In this document: one piece after another, positions 21,036 to 30,982 of the stretch
How the letters are laid out: each line of letters opens with the position of its first letter
Numbering within the stretch: the stretch's first letter is position 1
NCBI GenBank assembly: GCA_964637415.1
Contig: CAZWUB010000003.1
Span: 269-64,268 of the forward strand
DNA from: an uncultured Rikenellaceae bacterium
GTDB taxonomy: Bacteria; Bacteroidota; Bacteroidia; Bacteroidales; VadinHA17
DNA: 64,000 bases
Direction of reading: 5' to 3'
Position numbers and translations under genes: made by a program
Notes under the pieces: model-generated
The model's input: only the letters and a program-made list of their open reading frames with translations
Databases searched by the model: none
What the model was told of the DNA's origin: nothing

Positions 21036-23141
21036 CTAATACTTGTTCCTCTTTCTGCCAAAAAGAATACCGGCAAAAATCAGGCCTGAAAGAAGAAAAA
21101 CCGATGACCTGATCCCGAAAATGGGGATCAGGACACCTGAGATAAGTATAAATCCCAGAGCTGAACCTGCCAGATCAGAGCTGTAAACGGAGGCTGCCAG
21201 TGATCCGCTGGTGTCAGCAATTGTGAGCTTCCTGAAAAGATAACCTGTAATAAAAGACGGTATCAGAACGATTGCAACAATAAGAAGTGTTGCCGGAGCT
21301 ATCCCTGAGACTGACAGAATGGGATCAAGGAAGAATGCAATAACAATATAAAACAATAGCAGAGCAAGGGCAATTACTTTCACCGGTATATCCTGTGATA
21401 CCCTGAGGCTAATTCCTGATCCTGCAGCCAGACCTGCCATAAGTGAGGCGATTATTATACCTGTGAGCTGGTACATATTCCCGATAGTAAGCTGAAGGAC
21501 CAGAAGCATTATGATCTCAAATCCGGCAAGGGATGATGCAGCGAAATACATAAGGATGTTTTCCCTTTTTACTGAAAGAAAAGAAAATACGAATGCCACG
21601 ATTAATATAATAATTGCAGTGTTCTTCGCTGAAAGGTCTCTTGAAAGATTATATGACTGGTAATAAAAGCAGGCAATTGGGAAGGCAGATGTGTTCTGTT
21701 TTATACCCCTGTCAATGACAGAAACAATTTCATCAGACTTTCTTTCTATAAGATCGTCAGACATAAAATCTGAACTGACATAGATATTGCTGATACCTTT
21801 TCTCAAAACCGTTTCACAAAAAGTCAGCTTTACTTCCGAATCGGATGCTATCAGATAAAGTTTATTACCTGCTACCGGTTTAATGTTTCTGAAGACACCG
21901 GACATACTGTTGAATACGGATGAATACAGATTAACAGATTCCGGGTTAAGATAATAATCACCGGGTCCCGGTGAACACATAAAAACACCTCCGGGTGAGA
22001 GTATCTCTTTTACATCCTTAAAGAACTCTGTTGTATAATACCTGTTCAGGGCAAGTGTTGAAGGCGGAGGGAGAAGAAGGATCACTGCATCAACAGATTC
22101 GTTTTTTTTCTTAACGTAATGGAATGCATCTTCCGTTTTAATTTCCAGATTGAATGGAACCATAAAATCTCCCGGGGAGATATCTTTTGTAAGCGCCGGG
22201 TCCGTTTCAACATAAATCACTTTTTTAAGGCTGTATTTGTTGAGTTCGGGCAGACACGACCCGATAGATCCGGAGATCAGGAGAACCTTTTCCGGATTTT
22301 CTGCCTGTAAAAGAGCGTAGTGGATATTTTCTTCCCTCTCAATGGCATCATCATGCCAGGTAAGAAGCCTGTGATTATAATAGATACTCCGCTCTTCACC
22401 ATACACCCCACTTGTTATATTACCATAAGGAGTATCTTTTGTCCCGCTTACTTTAATTCCCGGTAAAAGCATCTGGCGGAGGCAAACATCAGGTTCTGAA
22501 ATAAGTGCAAGAACTGTTAACAGGGAAAAGATCGTTTTTGTGATAAGTTTTTCACGCCTGCCGGAAATATAGTATGTGAGCAGAGTATACGCAAGACTCA
22601 GAATCACTATTACAAGGAGGATTTGTCCTGTATTAAGTAATCCTGAAGTTAAAACAGAAAGAAGGATTCCTGCAACAATACTTCCTGTGGTCTCAATTGA
22701 GAAGGATTTGCCGGGAACATAATTATGCAGTGTTTTTGCTAACGAGATAAGTTTAATAAATGCAAACCCGGATACAAAACAGAAGGGTAGCAGCATAAGG
22801 AAAGTCATAATTATGCTCGTTCCGAAACCTGGGGTTTCTCCGGATTCCAGAAAAAGACGGGAAACCAGAATCAGAAGGACGATTGAAATAACCTGGCTTG
22901 CAGAAAAAGCAAGGTTGATCTTCCTTATATCATTAATGCCTGATCTGCCTGCCATTGCTGCTCCTGCAGCAGAAGCAAGAAGCCATGATCCGAAGAATAT
23001 TCCGGTAATGAGTTCATAACCTCCTGAAATATTCATTATCTCCCTCATCAGAAGGAGTTGTAAAGAAGTGCTTACAAAACCGGTAATGAACAGATTTGTA
23101 CTGATGCCTTCCTGGTTAATTGCAGCCCGATTGACAGACAT
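21036..23141 (-). CDS. Polytopic membrane protein with central spermidine-synthase (PABS)-like domain
   Basis: The ORF runs to 23210. ATG at complement(23139..23141) lies 4 nt after the upstream stop. By eye there are about 7 hydrophobic helices, then VLLISGSIGSCLPELNK...VIYVETDP...VDAVILLLPPPSTLALNRYYTTEFFKDVKEILSPGGVF, then about 7 more helices. Confidence 0.7.
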   Translation of the reverse strand: MSVNRAAINQEGISTNLFITGFVSTSLQLLLMREIMNISGGYELITGIFFGSWLLASAAGAAMAGRSGINDIRKINLAFSASQVISIVLLILVSRLFLESGETPGFGTSIIMTFLMLLPFCFVSGFAFIKLISLAKTLHNYVPGKSFSIETTGSIVAGILLSVLTSGLLNTGQILLVIVILSLAYTLLTYYISGRREKLITKTIFSLLTVLALISEPDVCLRQMLLPGIKVSGTKDTPYGNITSGVYGEERSIYYNHRLLTWHDDAIEREENIHYALLQAENPEKVLLISGSIGSCLPELNKYSLKKVIYVETDPALTKDISPGDFMVPFNLEIKTEDAFHYVKKKNESVDAVILLLPPPSTLALNRYYTTEFFKDVKEILSPGGVFMCSPGPGDYYLNPESVNLYSSVFNSMSGVFRNIKPVAGNKLYLIASDSEVKLTFCETVLRKGISNIYVSSDFMSDDLIERKSDEIVSVIDRGIKQNTSAFPIACFYYQSYNLSRDLSAKNTAIIILIVAFVFSFLSVKRENILMYFAASSLAGFEIIMLLVLQLTIGNMYQLTGIIIASLMAGLAAGSGISLRVSQDIPVKVIALALLLFYIVIAFFLDPILSVSGIAPATLLIVAIVLIPSFITGYLFRKLTIADTSGSLAASVYSSDLAGSALGFILISGVLIPIFGIRSSVFLLSGLIFAGILFGRKRNKY

Positions 23142-23145
23142 AGAT

Positions 23146-24654
23146 TCATTTTCGGTTTTCTTCAAGGACCACACCTTCATAAACAAAGAGTTCGGCATCT
23201 TTCCAGCCATCCCATCCTAATCCGGCCTTATCTCTTGATGTGTGGCCGAGAAACTCTTCCACGGTCCATCCGTACTCAGTTGCAACCTGAGGCAGCATAG
23301 TGCCCGATCTTGAATCTTTCTTTATATAAATACCATGTTTACCAAGGATGATTTCATCAATACTTTTGATCTTCTTCATCGGTCCCAGGACAGTTATCTC
23401 CATATCTGTTTTTTCATAATCCTGCAGAGTGAGAGGATTAAATCTGGGATCTTCAAAAGCAGAAGAGACAGCTGAAGCTTTTACAACTTCATAAAGTGGA
23501 TCGGATGAAATGAACCGGCCTATACAGCCCCTTAGTTCACCGTTAATCTTAAGAGTGACAAATGCTCCCAGCGGCTGTTTCAGGGCTTCAGGAATCATAC
23601 TCTCATCAGTCGTATACCTCCTGTGCCCGGCAAGCATTGTCTTTATGCTGCTCCTTGCAATATCAAAAAGCTTATCAGTCTCCTCTTCCGAAAAAGTAAA
23701 ATCACCTTCTGATAATGTTCCGGTGGCTGTTTGTGCATTTTTTTCAACCAGAGCTATTGCGTGGTATCCTACTACTCCTTCCTTGTCGCCGTAGGGCGAG
23801 TCACCCGAATTACAGTAATCTATTTTCTTGAATGTCAAGTCTTTATTTTCCTGAGCCAGATACATAAGTACCAGCCCGGATGTATACCCGCACATACTGG
23901 TCGCCAGTCCTGCAATATTTTTTGATGAGTTCTTTTTAAGAGTAGTCATAAATACCTGGGGATCGCCTGACAGTATCCCATCGGCAGTAAGGTTGTCTAT
24001 TGTGTTGGCATCATTATATGAGGGGTAATGGGAAAAGTCACTGCTTATTATAAAAAGATTATCGGGTGTAAACCAGGGTCTGAGAGCTTCTGCTATGCTT
24101 TTAAGAGTATTATTATTACTTGTACCGATAATTACCGGCACAATTCCGGGCTGGTTTTTATAATAATACTGTATTAAAGGTACCTGGACTTCAAGGCTGT
24201 GTTCCTGGTTATGGGCATTTACCGGGAAGTTAAACACTTTGTTCTCTTTACGGAGTTTCGCCGCAATCTCCCTGTTTACAACAGCCCGGCCCAGGGGAGT
24301 GATAAAATCGCCGGTATGATAGACCGAAGCGCCGTCAAATGCCATTATGTGACTTGAACCTATTATGAAGATATTGTTGAAGTTAGAATACTCCGAAGTT
24401 GTCGAAATAGCTGATGCTGCAATTTTTCCTGAATAAACATATCCGGCATGAGGACAAATAATTGCCCTGACTTTCAGATTACCGGGAGTTTTTTTACATC
24501 CTGAAAAAAGTCCGGCGATATCTTTAGTCAGTGTTTCCCTGCCTGCTGAGTAAAACCTTCCGGCTGCAACCGGCTGCCTGTCAGTTACTCTGTCCTGAGA
24601 ATAAATATCCATGATGCTGAAAATTGATAAGAGAATAAGTAAAGCGCTACGCAT
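23146..24654 (-). CDS. amrB: Fusion of AmmeMemoRadiSam system protein B (Memo-like) and protein A (AMMECR1-like), with N-terminal signal peptide
   Basis: Begins MRSALLILLSIFSIMDIYSQ. Memo motifs follow: AGRFYSAG, ICPHAGYVYSG, NQEHSLEVQVP, SSDFSHYP, SMCGYT. AMMECR1 motifs follow: GAFVTLKINGELRGCIG, FEDPRFNP, GTMLPQV. Confidence 0.85.
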   Translation of the reverse strand: MRSALLILLSIFSIMDIYSQDRVTDRQPVAAGRFYSAGRETLTKDIAGLFSGCKKTPGNLKVRAIICPHAGYVYSGKIAASAISTTSEYSNFNNIFIIGSSHIMAFDGASVYHTGDFITPLGRAVVNREIAAKLRKENKVFNFPVNAHNQEHSLEVQVPLIQYYYKNQPGIVPVIIGTSNNNTLKSIAEALRPWFTPDNLFIISSDFSHYPSYNDANTIDNLTADGILSGDPQVFMTTLKKNSSKNIAGLATSMCGYTSGLVLMYLAQENKDLTFKKIDYCNSGDSPYGDKEGVVGYHAIALVEKNAQTATGTLSEGDFTFSEEETDKLFDIARSSIKTMLAGHRRYTTDESMIPEALKQPLGAFVTLKINGELRGCIGRFISSDPLYEVVKASAVSSAFEDPRFNPLTLQDYEKTDMEITVLGPMKKIKSIDEIILGKHGIYIKKDSRSGTMLPQVATEYGWTVEEFLGHTSRDKAGLGWDGWKDAELFVYEGVVLEENRK

Positions 24655-24733
24655 AATGCTAAATCATTTTGGCGTAATAAAGTTATGCCAAAAAATTGAA
24701 AAAATGATGAAAAAGCCGATTTGCTGACAAGGA

Positions 24734-25189
24734 TCAGATGAGTACCATTGATTCTTTAATTATTTCTCCCTTCTCGTCAGTTCCGTAGATTTTTATACCA
24801 AGACTTATTGAGGGTGTTCCAACCATATCAAGTACAGGGCTCAGAGCTTCCTTTACATCATCAGCCTCCATGGTGTCGAATTCCTCAATATCAAAATAAA
24901 GATGAATTAGGAGAGTGTTTTCTGTTTCACTCATTCCGCAAAGAGCTTTTACAATCTTTGCTATCCATATAACTGATGCAGTATTGAAATATTCAATATT
25001 TAGCCGCAGATTGGTTGTTTTCCGCGGATTTTTAGCATATTGCTGTACCCATTCAAGAAGACTTTCATAAATTTTGGCAGGATTTTCGGGTATCGATTTT
25101 CCTGAAAAAATTAGTTCACCGGTCAGAGGGTTAAAGTCAACATGAGGTGTCTTGGCAGTAGCTTCAATATAGATATTCTTTAGTTCCAC
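24734..25189 (-). CDS. DUF1987 / SiaC-like protein
   Basis: 151 aa, GTG start. Reads IYIEATAKTPHVDFNPLTGELIFSGKSIPENPAKIYESLLEWV...LRLNIEYFNTAS, matching the SiaC-family pattern as I remember it. Lies 79 nt upstream of the amr genes on the same strand. Confidence 0.6.
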   Translation of the reverse strand: MELKNIYIEATAKTPHVDFNPLTGELIFSGKSIPENPAKIYESLLEWVQQYAKNPRKTTNLRLNIEYFNTASVIWIAKIVKALCGMSETENTLLIHLYFDIEEFDTMEADDVKEALSPVLDMVGTPSISLGIKIYGTDEKGEIIKESMVLI

Positions 25190-25234
25190 CTGATGCTGTT
25201 AGGTATAAAATTAATTTCTTATAAATCCCTGTAT

Positions 25235-25242
25235 CAAAAATA
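25235..25242 (-). promoter_or_regulatory. Candidate -7 promoter box (TATTTTTG on the minus strand) for the SiaC-like/amr gene run
   Basis: Plus strand caaaaata, 46 nt upstream of the GTG start at 25189. Confidence 0.3.
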
Positions 25243-25394
25243 GTATATCTTTTATATTATATTCATACTGAATAGAGAATCTTTATCAAAAAAAAGTAAA
25301 TAGTTATCAAATATTATTAACTTTTGATGTAACCTCATCTGATAGGACCTTCGTTTTTGATGTGGTTTTCTGATCTGTCAATCTTTTTTAATAC

Positions 25395-25402
25395 TATCTT
25401 TG
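25395..25402 (+). promoter_or_regulatory. Candidate -7 promoter box TATCTTTG for argS
   Basis: Exact TAnnTTTG match. It ends 12 nt before ATG 25414 and 30 nt before ATG 25432, which argues that 25432 may be the real argS start. Confidence 0.35.
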
Positions 25403-25413
25403 CCACCTGAAAA

Positions 25414-27219
25414 ATGAAACCAGGAACTCAGATGGAGAGCGTTTTAAGAACCAGGATTAAAGGGGCTGTCAAAGATCTTTATAACAGTGAAGTCAGTGAT
25501 GAGCTTATCCAGATACAGGAAACAAGGAAGGATTTTACAGGCGACTTTACTGTGGTTGTTTTTCCGTTGTTACGATTCTCAAAAAATACACCCGAAAAAA
25601 CCGGCGCAACAATCGGTAAACAGCTGATGGAATCATTTCCTGCCATCTCGGGGTATAATGTGATCAAGGGATTTCTGAATCTTGAAATATCAGATAAATG
25701 GTGGATTGGTTATCTTGAGGAAATCGTTTCTGATCCGGATATTCTGAAGAGATGCCGGGCTGATAAATCTGAAACGATACTTGTTGAATATTCTTCACCC
25801 AATACAAATAAACCCCTTCATCTTGGACATATCCGGAATAATCTGCTTGGTTTTTCGCTTTACAGGATACTTTCGGCATGCGGACATAAGGTCATTAAGA
25901 CAAATATTGTAAACGATCGTGGTATACATATATGTAAGTCGATGCTGGCCTGGCAGAAATTCGGAATGGGAGAAACTCCGGAATCAGCGGGAATGAAGGG
26001 CGATCATCTGGTTGGTAAATATTATGTTTTGTTTGAAAAAGAATACAGAAAGGAAGCAGAACAACTTATAGCGGCAGGAATGGACCCGGCTGAAGCGAAA
26101 AACAATGCACCTCTTATGAAAGAGGCCAGGGAAATGCTTCTTAAATGGGAAGCCGGAGAACAGGATACAATTAATTTATGGAAAATGATGAATTCCTGGG
26201 TCTATTCGGGTTTCGATGAAACATACAGAAAGCTTGGCGTTGATTTCGATAAAATTTATTACGAATCAGATACATATAAACTTGGCCGTGACCTTGTTTA
26301 TGCAGCACTCAATAAGAATCTGCTGTATAAGAATGACGACAATTCAATCTGGGTCGATCTCAAGGACGAAGGCCTTGACCAGAAGCTACTTCTGCGCTCC
26401 GATGGAACTGCAGTTTATATGACACAGGATCTGGGAACAGCAGCCCTGAGGCACGAAGAGTTTAATTTCAACAGGTGCATATATGTAGTTGGCAACGAGC
26501 AAAATTATCATTTCCAGGTACTTAAAGCTATTCTGAAAAAGATTGGATATCCCTGGTCTGATGGTCTCTTTCATTTTTCTTATGGAATGGTTGAACTGCC
26601 TGAAGGGAGAATGAAATCCCGGGAAGGGACCATCGTTGATGCTGATGATCTGATAGCTGAAATGATTGAAACAGCAAAAGAGGTATCCCTTGAACTTGGG
26701 AAGCTGTCAGATTATTCAGATGAAGAGCGGCAGGAAATTTTTCGTAAGATAGGCATGGGAGCCCTGAAATACTATATCCTGAAGGTCGACCCCAGGAAGA
26801 ATATGACTTTCAATCCGGCTGAATCAATTGACTTTAACGGAAATACTGGTCCATTAATTCAATATACATATGCAAGGATAAGGTCAGTCTTCAGGAAAGC
26901 CGGACAGATGAAGCTATCCGCCGGTTCTGCATTCAATACGGATGTTAAAGCTGGATCAAAGGAGATACAGCTCATCAGGCTCCTGAGAAGGTTCACAGCA
27001 ATCGTAATTGAGGCTGCCGATAGTTACAGCCCCTCAATCATAGCAAATTATTGCTATGAACTGGCAAAGGAGTATAATCAGTTCTACCACGATTTTTCGA
27101 TTCTTGGAGAACCTGATCCTTCAATACGCGATCTGAGACTTTCGCTTTCTGATGTTACAGGAAGGGTTCTGAGTTTGGGTATGGACCTTCTGGGCATAGA
27201 AATGCCGGAAAGGATGTAA
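25414..27219 (+). CDS. argS: Arginine--tRNA ligase
   Basis: HIGH motif SSPNTNKPLHLGHIRNNLLG, and a DALR-type C-terminus (ANYCYELAKEYNQFYH). The alternative start at 25432 (MESVLRTRIKG) is possibly better. Confidence 0.93.
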   Translation: MKPGTQMESVLRTRIKGAVKDLYNSEVSDELIQIQETRKDFTGDFTVVVFPLLRFSKNTPEKTGATIGKQLMESFPAISGYNVIKGFLNLEISDKWWIGYLEEIVSDPDILKRCRADKSETILVEYSSPNTNKPLHLGHIRNNLLGFSLYRILSACGHKVIKTNIVNDRGIHICKSMLAWQKFGMGETPESAGMKGDHLVGKYYVLFEKEYRKEAEQLIAAGMDPAEAKNNAPLMKEAREMLLKWEAGEQDTINLWKMMNSWVYSGFDETYRKLGVDFDKIYYESDTYKLGRDLVYAALNKNLLYKNDDNSIWVDLKDEGLDQKLLLRSDGTAVYMTQDLGTAALRHEEFNFNRCIYVVGNEQNYHFQVLKAILKKIGYPWSDGLFHFSYGMVELPEGRMKSREGTIVDADDLIAEMIETAKEVSLELGKLSDYSDEERQEIFRKIGMGALKYYILKVDPRKNMTFNPAESIDFNGNTGPLIQYTYARIRSVFRKAGQMKLSAGSAFNTDVKAGSKEIQLIRLLRRFTAIVIEAADSYSPSIIANYCYELAKEYNQFYHDFSILGEPDPSIRDLRLSLSDVTGRVLSLGMDLLGIEMPERM

Positions 27220-27248
27220 ATTGTTAAATAAATATAGTTTTCACAGAT

Positions 27249-28568
27249 ATGTTTGAAAATTTAAGTGAACGGCTTGAACGATCGTTTAAGATTCTTAAGG
27301 GACAGGGAAGGATTTCCGAAATAAATGTTGCCGAAACACTTAAGGAAGTGAGGAGGGCATTACTCGATGCTGACGTCAACTTTAAAATAGCCAAGCAGTT
27401 TACAGATACTGTCAAAGCTAAGGCACTGGGGCAGGAAGTACTCAGAGCTGTCAATCCTTCACAGATGATGGTCAAGATTGTCCATGACGAACTGACTCTG
27501 TTAATGGGAGGCGACAAGACAGATATTAACATCAGGATCAATCCGTCCGTCATTCTTATTGCAGGATTACAGGGTTCAGGAAAAACGACATTCAGCGGAA
27601 AGCTTGCAGCGTGGGTAAAGTCCAAAAGAAGTAAAAATCCACTGCTTGTTGCATGTGACGTTTACCGTCCTGCAGCTATTGATCAGCTTAAAATAATTGG
27701 TTCACAGATTGAAGTGCCTGTTTACTCCGGGGAAGAAAATGTAAATCCCGTGCAGATTGCGAAAAACGCTGTTAAAGAGGCAAAACTGAAAGGCCATGAT
27801 GTTGTGATTATAGATACTGCCGGCCGTCTTGCCGTTGATGAAGAGATGATGAATGAGATATCTTCAATAAAGGAAGCTGTTAACCCTCATGAGATACTGT
27901 TCGTTGTTGATGCAATGACAGGCCAGGATGCTGTAAACACTGCAAAAGAATTCAACGACCGGCTCGATTTTGACGGAGTGGTGCTTACAAAGCTTGATGG
28001 CGATACCAGGGGAGGAGCGGCCCTTTCAATAAGATCAGTTGTAAGTAAACCTGTCAAGTTTGTCAGCTCAGGAGAGAAGATGGATGCAATTGATATCTTT
28101 TACCCTGCACGAATGGCTGACAGGATACTCGGGATGGGAGATATTGTCTCACTTGTTGAAAAAGCCCAGGAACAGTATGATACCGAAGAGGCAAGAAAGC
28201 TTCAGAAAAAAATTGCAAAAGACCAGTTCGATTTTAATGATTTTATAAGTCAGATCCAGCAGATAAAGAAAATGGGTAATGTGAAAGACCTGATGTCAAT
28301 GATACCCGGAGTAGGCAAGGCTGTTAAAGATCTTGATATCGACGATAATGCCTTTAAAGGTATCGAGGCCATAATCAGGAGTATGACACCCGAGGAACGG
28401 ACTAATCCTGTCATTCTTAACGGAAGCAGGCGGAAAAGGATTGCAGATGGCAGCGGTACCTCAGTTCAGGAGGTTAACAAGCTTGTAAAACAATTTGATG
28501 AAACACGCCGGATGATGAAGATGATCTCAAAGGGTGGAAATCCGGCAAGGTTAATGGGAAGAAGATAA
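27249..28568 (+). CDS. ffh: Signal recognition particle protein Ffh
   Basis: Reads MFENLSERLERSFKILKGQGRISE, GLQGSGKTTFSGKLA, DTAGRL, TKLDGDTRGGAALS, then a Met-rich M domain. ORF 27224..27625(-) is an antisense shadow. Confidence 0.96.
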   Translation: MFENLSERLERSFKILKGQGRISEINVAETLKEVRRALLDADVNFKIAKQFTDTVKAKALGQEVLRAVNPSQMMVKIVHDELTLLMGGDKTDINIRINPSVILIAGLQGSGKTTFSGKLAAWVKSKRSKNPLLVACDVYRPAAIDQLKIIGSQIEVPVYSGEENVNPVQIAKNAVKEAKLKGHDVVIIDTAGRLAVDEEMMNEISSIKEAVNPHEILFVVDAMTGQDAVNTAKEFNDRLDFDGVVLTKLDGDTRGGAALSIRSVVSKPVKFVSSGEKMDAIDIFYPARMADRILGMGDIVSLVEKAQEQYDTEEARKLQKKIAKDQFDFNDFISQIQQIKKMGNVKDLMSMIPGVGKAVKDLDIDDNAFKGIEAIIRSMTPEERTNPVILNGSRRKRIADGSGTSVQEVNKLVKQFDETRRMMKMISKGGNPARLMGRR

Positions 28569-28589
28569 CCAATCAATCAATCAACCAAT

Positions 28590-29465
28590 ATGTACACACT
28601 TATCGACGGCAGAAAAACAGCTTCTGAAATAAAGAGTGAAATAGCAACCGAAGTTGCTGAAATAATTAAAAACGGAGGTAAAATTCCTCACCTGGCAGCT
28701 ATACTTGTGGGTAACGATCCCTCAAGCGAGACATATGTCGCAAACAAAGTGAATGATTGTAAGGAGGTGGGATTCATCTCTACTCTCATAAGACTTGAAA
28801 ACAAAATTCCTGAAGAGATCCTGATCGGAAAGATCAGGGAACTTAATGATGATGAAGATATCGACGGTTTCATTGTTCAGCTTCCACTGCCGGACCATAT
28901 TTCCGGGGACAGAGTTATTGAAGCTATCGATCCCCTGAAGGATGCGGATGGATTTCATCCGGTCAATATCGGCAGAATGGTTCTGGGCCTGCCGGGTTAT
29001 CTTCCTGCAACACCTTACGGGATAATGGAACTCATAAAAAGATATCAGATTGAAACGTCGGGCCGGAACTGTGTTGTAATAGGCCGCAGCAATATTGTGG
29101 GCCGGCCTGTAAGTATACTTCTTTCAGCGAAAGGAACTGACGCCACCGTAACAGTTGTTCACAGCCGTTCGCACAGATTGAGCGAAACAATCAGGTCTGC
29201 AGATATCATTGTGGCAGCAATAGGGTCACCGGGCTTTGTTAAAGCCGATATGGTAAAGGAAGGTGCAGCTGTTATTGATGTGGGAACGACAAGAGTTCAG
29301 TCACCAACATCCAAATCCGGATGGAAACTGGCAGGAGATGTTGATTTTCAGAATGTTGCTCCAAAGTGTTCTTTCATTACACCTGTGCCCGGTGGTGTTG
29401 GCCCGATGACAAGGGTGTCGCTTCTGAAAAATACACTTCATGCTGCAAAAACCCGTAGAAAGTAG
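28590..29465 (+). CDS. folD: Bifunctional methylenetetrahydrofolate dehydrogenase/cyclohydrolase
   Basis: Reads [40 protein letters not shown]. 291 aa. Confidence 0.95.
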   Translation: MYTLIDGRKTASEIKSEIATEVAEIIKNGGKIPHLAAILVGNDPSSETYVANKVNDCKEVGFISTLIRLENKIPEEILIGKIRELNDDEDIDGFIVQLPLPDHISGDRVIEAIDPLKDADGFHPVNIGRMVLGLPGYLPATPYGIMELIKRYQIETSGRNCVVIGRSNIVGRPVSILLSAKGTDATVTVVHSRSHRLSETIRSADIIVAAIGSPGFVKADMVKEGAAVIDVGTTRVQSPTSKSGWKLAGDVDFQNVAPKCSFITPVPGGVGPMTRVSLLKNTLHAAKTRRK

Positions 29466-29473
29466 GAGGTATT

Positions 29474-30484
29474 TTACCTCTCAGGAAAGGTGATCCCTCT
29501 TAAATACAGATCGTATTCTCCCTTGCCTCCCGGACGATCAGAGGAGAAGATCATGAAATTATTAGTAAACTCTTCGTGATATCCCAGGACCGGGCGGTAT
29601 TCATTGTCAGTTGTATTGATGTCCGGACCAAAATTGACCGGTGAACTCCACTTACCTTTTCTGAATACCGAATAATAAAGATCAAATCCTCCAAATCCTC
29701 CCGGTCTGTCAGAAGCAAAAACAAGGTACTTTCTATAAACGTACGGACATTTGTCATTTCCGGAACTGTTTATGCTGTCAGGTTTTTCCGAAACTGAATA
29801 GTCTCCGTCAAACCATTCACTTATAGTTGTTTCTGCAGGTCTTGTTTTAATAAAGATATCAAAGCTGCCCTCCCGGTCGGAGGAAAAATATACACTGTCC
29901 TGATTGGTATCAAAACAAATATAGGCATCATCTGAACCAGTATTAAGCAGCTTCACGGGATATGGACCCAGTACTGCAGGTAGATTAACACCACTTACAG
30001 GCTGATTTTTAAGATAATAAAAGTCCAGATCGCCATTTGTACTTTCAGATGCCAGAAGCAGGTATTCGAATCCGTCCGCTGCACTGAAAAGAGTATAGGG
30101 ACCCAGATCATCACCGTCTGTATTCGATGCACTGAGTAGTGTCGTAATAAACGGTTCCTGTATCATTTCACTTTCAACTTCGAAAGCTCCGCTAGTCTGG
30201 TCGAAAAAATATGAAATAACTCCCTGTACAAGATCAAATTGCTCTCCTGTGCTTATCCTGTTGCTTGAAAATATAATAATCACATAATCAAGTAACTGTT
30301 GTATGTTCGAATTATAGTCGTCATACTGGGTGTTTATTCCGGTCAACGCCATCGTTGAATCGGGAAAGGTCCCCTTCGGAAATTTTATGGGATTATCGGA
30401 CTTTTTGCAGGAAAATACGTTTAACAGGATAAGGGATATACACAATAGTAATATCCTGAGGGATTTTACAGACAGCTTGTTCAT
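29474..30484 (-). CDS. Lipoprotein with TolB-like (PD40) beta-propeller repeats
   Basis: Lipobox LLNVFSC. Repeats FSSDREGSFDIFI, FASDRPGGFGGFDLYYS and FSSDRPGGKGEYDLYL. Confidence 0.65.
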   Translation of the reverse strand: MNKLSVKSLRILLLCISLILLNVFSCKKSDNPIKFPKGTFPDSTMALTGINTQYDDYNSNIQQLLDYVIIIFSSNRISTGEQFDLVQGVISYFFDQTSGAFEVESEMIQEPFITTLLSASNTDGDDLGPYTLFSAADGFEYLLLASESTNGDLDFYYLKNQPVSGVNLPAVLGPYPVKLLNTGSDDAYICFDTNQDSVYFSSDREGSFDIFIKTRPAETTISEWFDGDYSVSEKPDSINSSGNDKCPYVYRKYLVFASDRPGGFGGFDLYYSVFRKGKWSSPVNFGPDINTTDNEYRPVLGYHEEFTNNFMIFSSDRPGGKGEYDLYLRGITFPER

Positions 30485-30648
30485 ATTGCAGAGAATTGAA
30501 ACAGATGTAAAGATATTAATAAGTACTTAAAGTGAGCTAAAGTTTGGAGTACTTAAAGTTAAAAAAATAGATGCTGTTAACAATTTGAGAGGGAAATTAA
30601 CATTTTGTCGGTTCATAAAATTAAATGATTCAATCTATTAGGATTAAC

Positions 30649-30693
30649 TTTAGACACTTTAGGCAATTTAGGCACTATAGGCACTTTATGTAC
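30649..30693. repeat. Degenerate 9-nt tandem array (TTTAGGCAC-type, 5 units)
   Basis: Sequence reads tttagacac tttaggcaa tttaggcac tataggcac tttatgtac. Located in a 515-bp divergent intergenic region. Confidence 0.8.
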
Positions 30694-30722
30694 TGATTTG
30701 TTACTAATAATTGGATAAATGG

Positions 30723-30750
30723 AAAAACCGGGTTGTGGCCCGGTCTTTCT
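30723..30750 (-). terminator. Orphan terminator-like hairpin in a divergent intergenic region
   Basis: Stem accggg (30727..30732) pairs with cccggt (30739..30744) around a 6-nt loop. An A5 run on the plus side becomes a U5 tail on the minus strand; ctttct follows on the plus strand. No annotated gene ends here. Confidence 0.3.
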
Positions 30751-30974
30751 GAGGTAGAATTTAGGTTAATTCTGGGGTAAATTTGGGTATAGGGTAATAG
30801 TATATGTTTTATACCCGGAAGATGAATAAAATGCCTCCGGGGTTGCGTATGTTTATTAAAAAAAACGATAAAAATGCAAAATAATTTATATAACATTGAA
30901 ATTGAATAGTTTGAAAAAATGTTAAATTGTTAATAATTGAATTCATGTGTATTAAACCTGATAAGAAATAATAC

Positions 30975-30982
30975 TAATTTTG
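30975..30982 (+). promoter_or_regulatory. Candidate -7 promoter box TAATTTTG for the TPR gene
   Basis: Exact TAnnTTTG match 18 nt before ATG 31000. It lies inside the longer 30937 ORF, which supports 31000 as the start. Confidence 0.35.

Noticed and set aside
27224-27625. Antisense shadow ORFs opposite strongly recognisable genes (this one opposite ffh). Others include 13123..13557, 14389..14889, 30952..31521, 31708..32202, 48328..48759, 56856..57351, 58102..58734 and 61060..61542.
   Set aside because: Each is fully embedded antisense in a gene with clear family motifs and has a low-complexity or Ser/Leu/Ile-rich composition. They are typical frame shadows.
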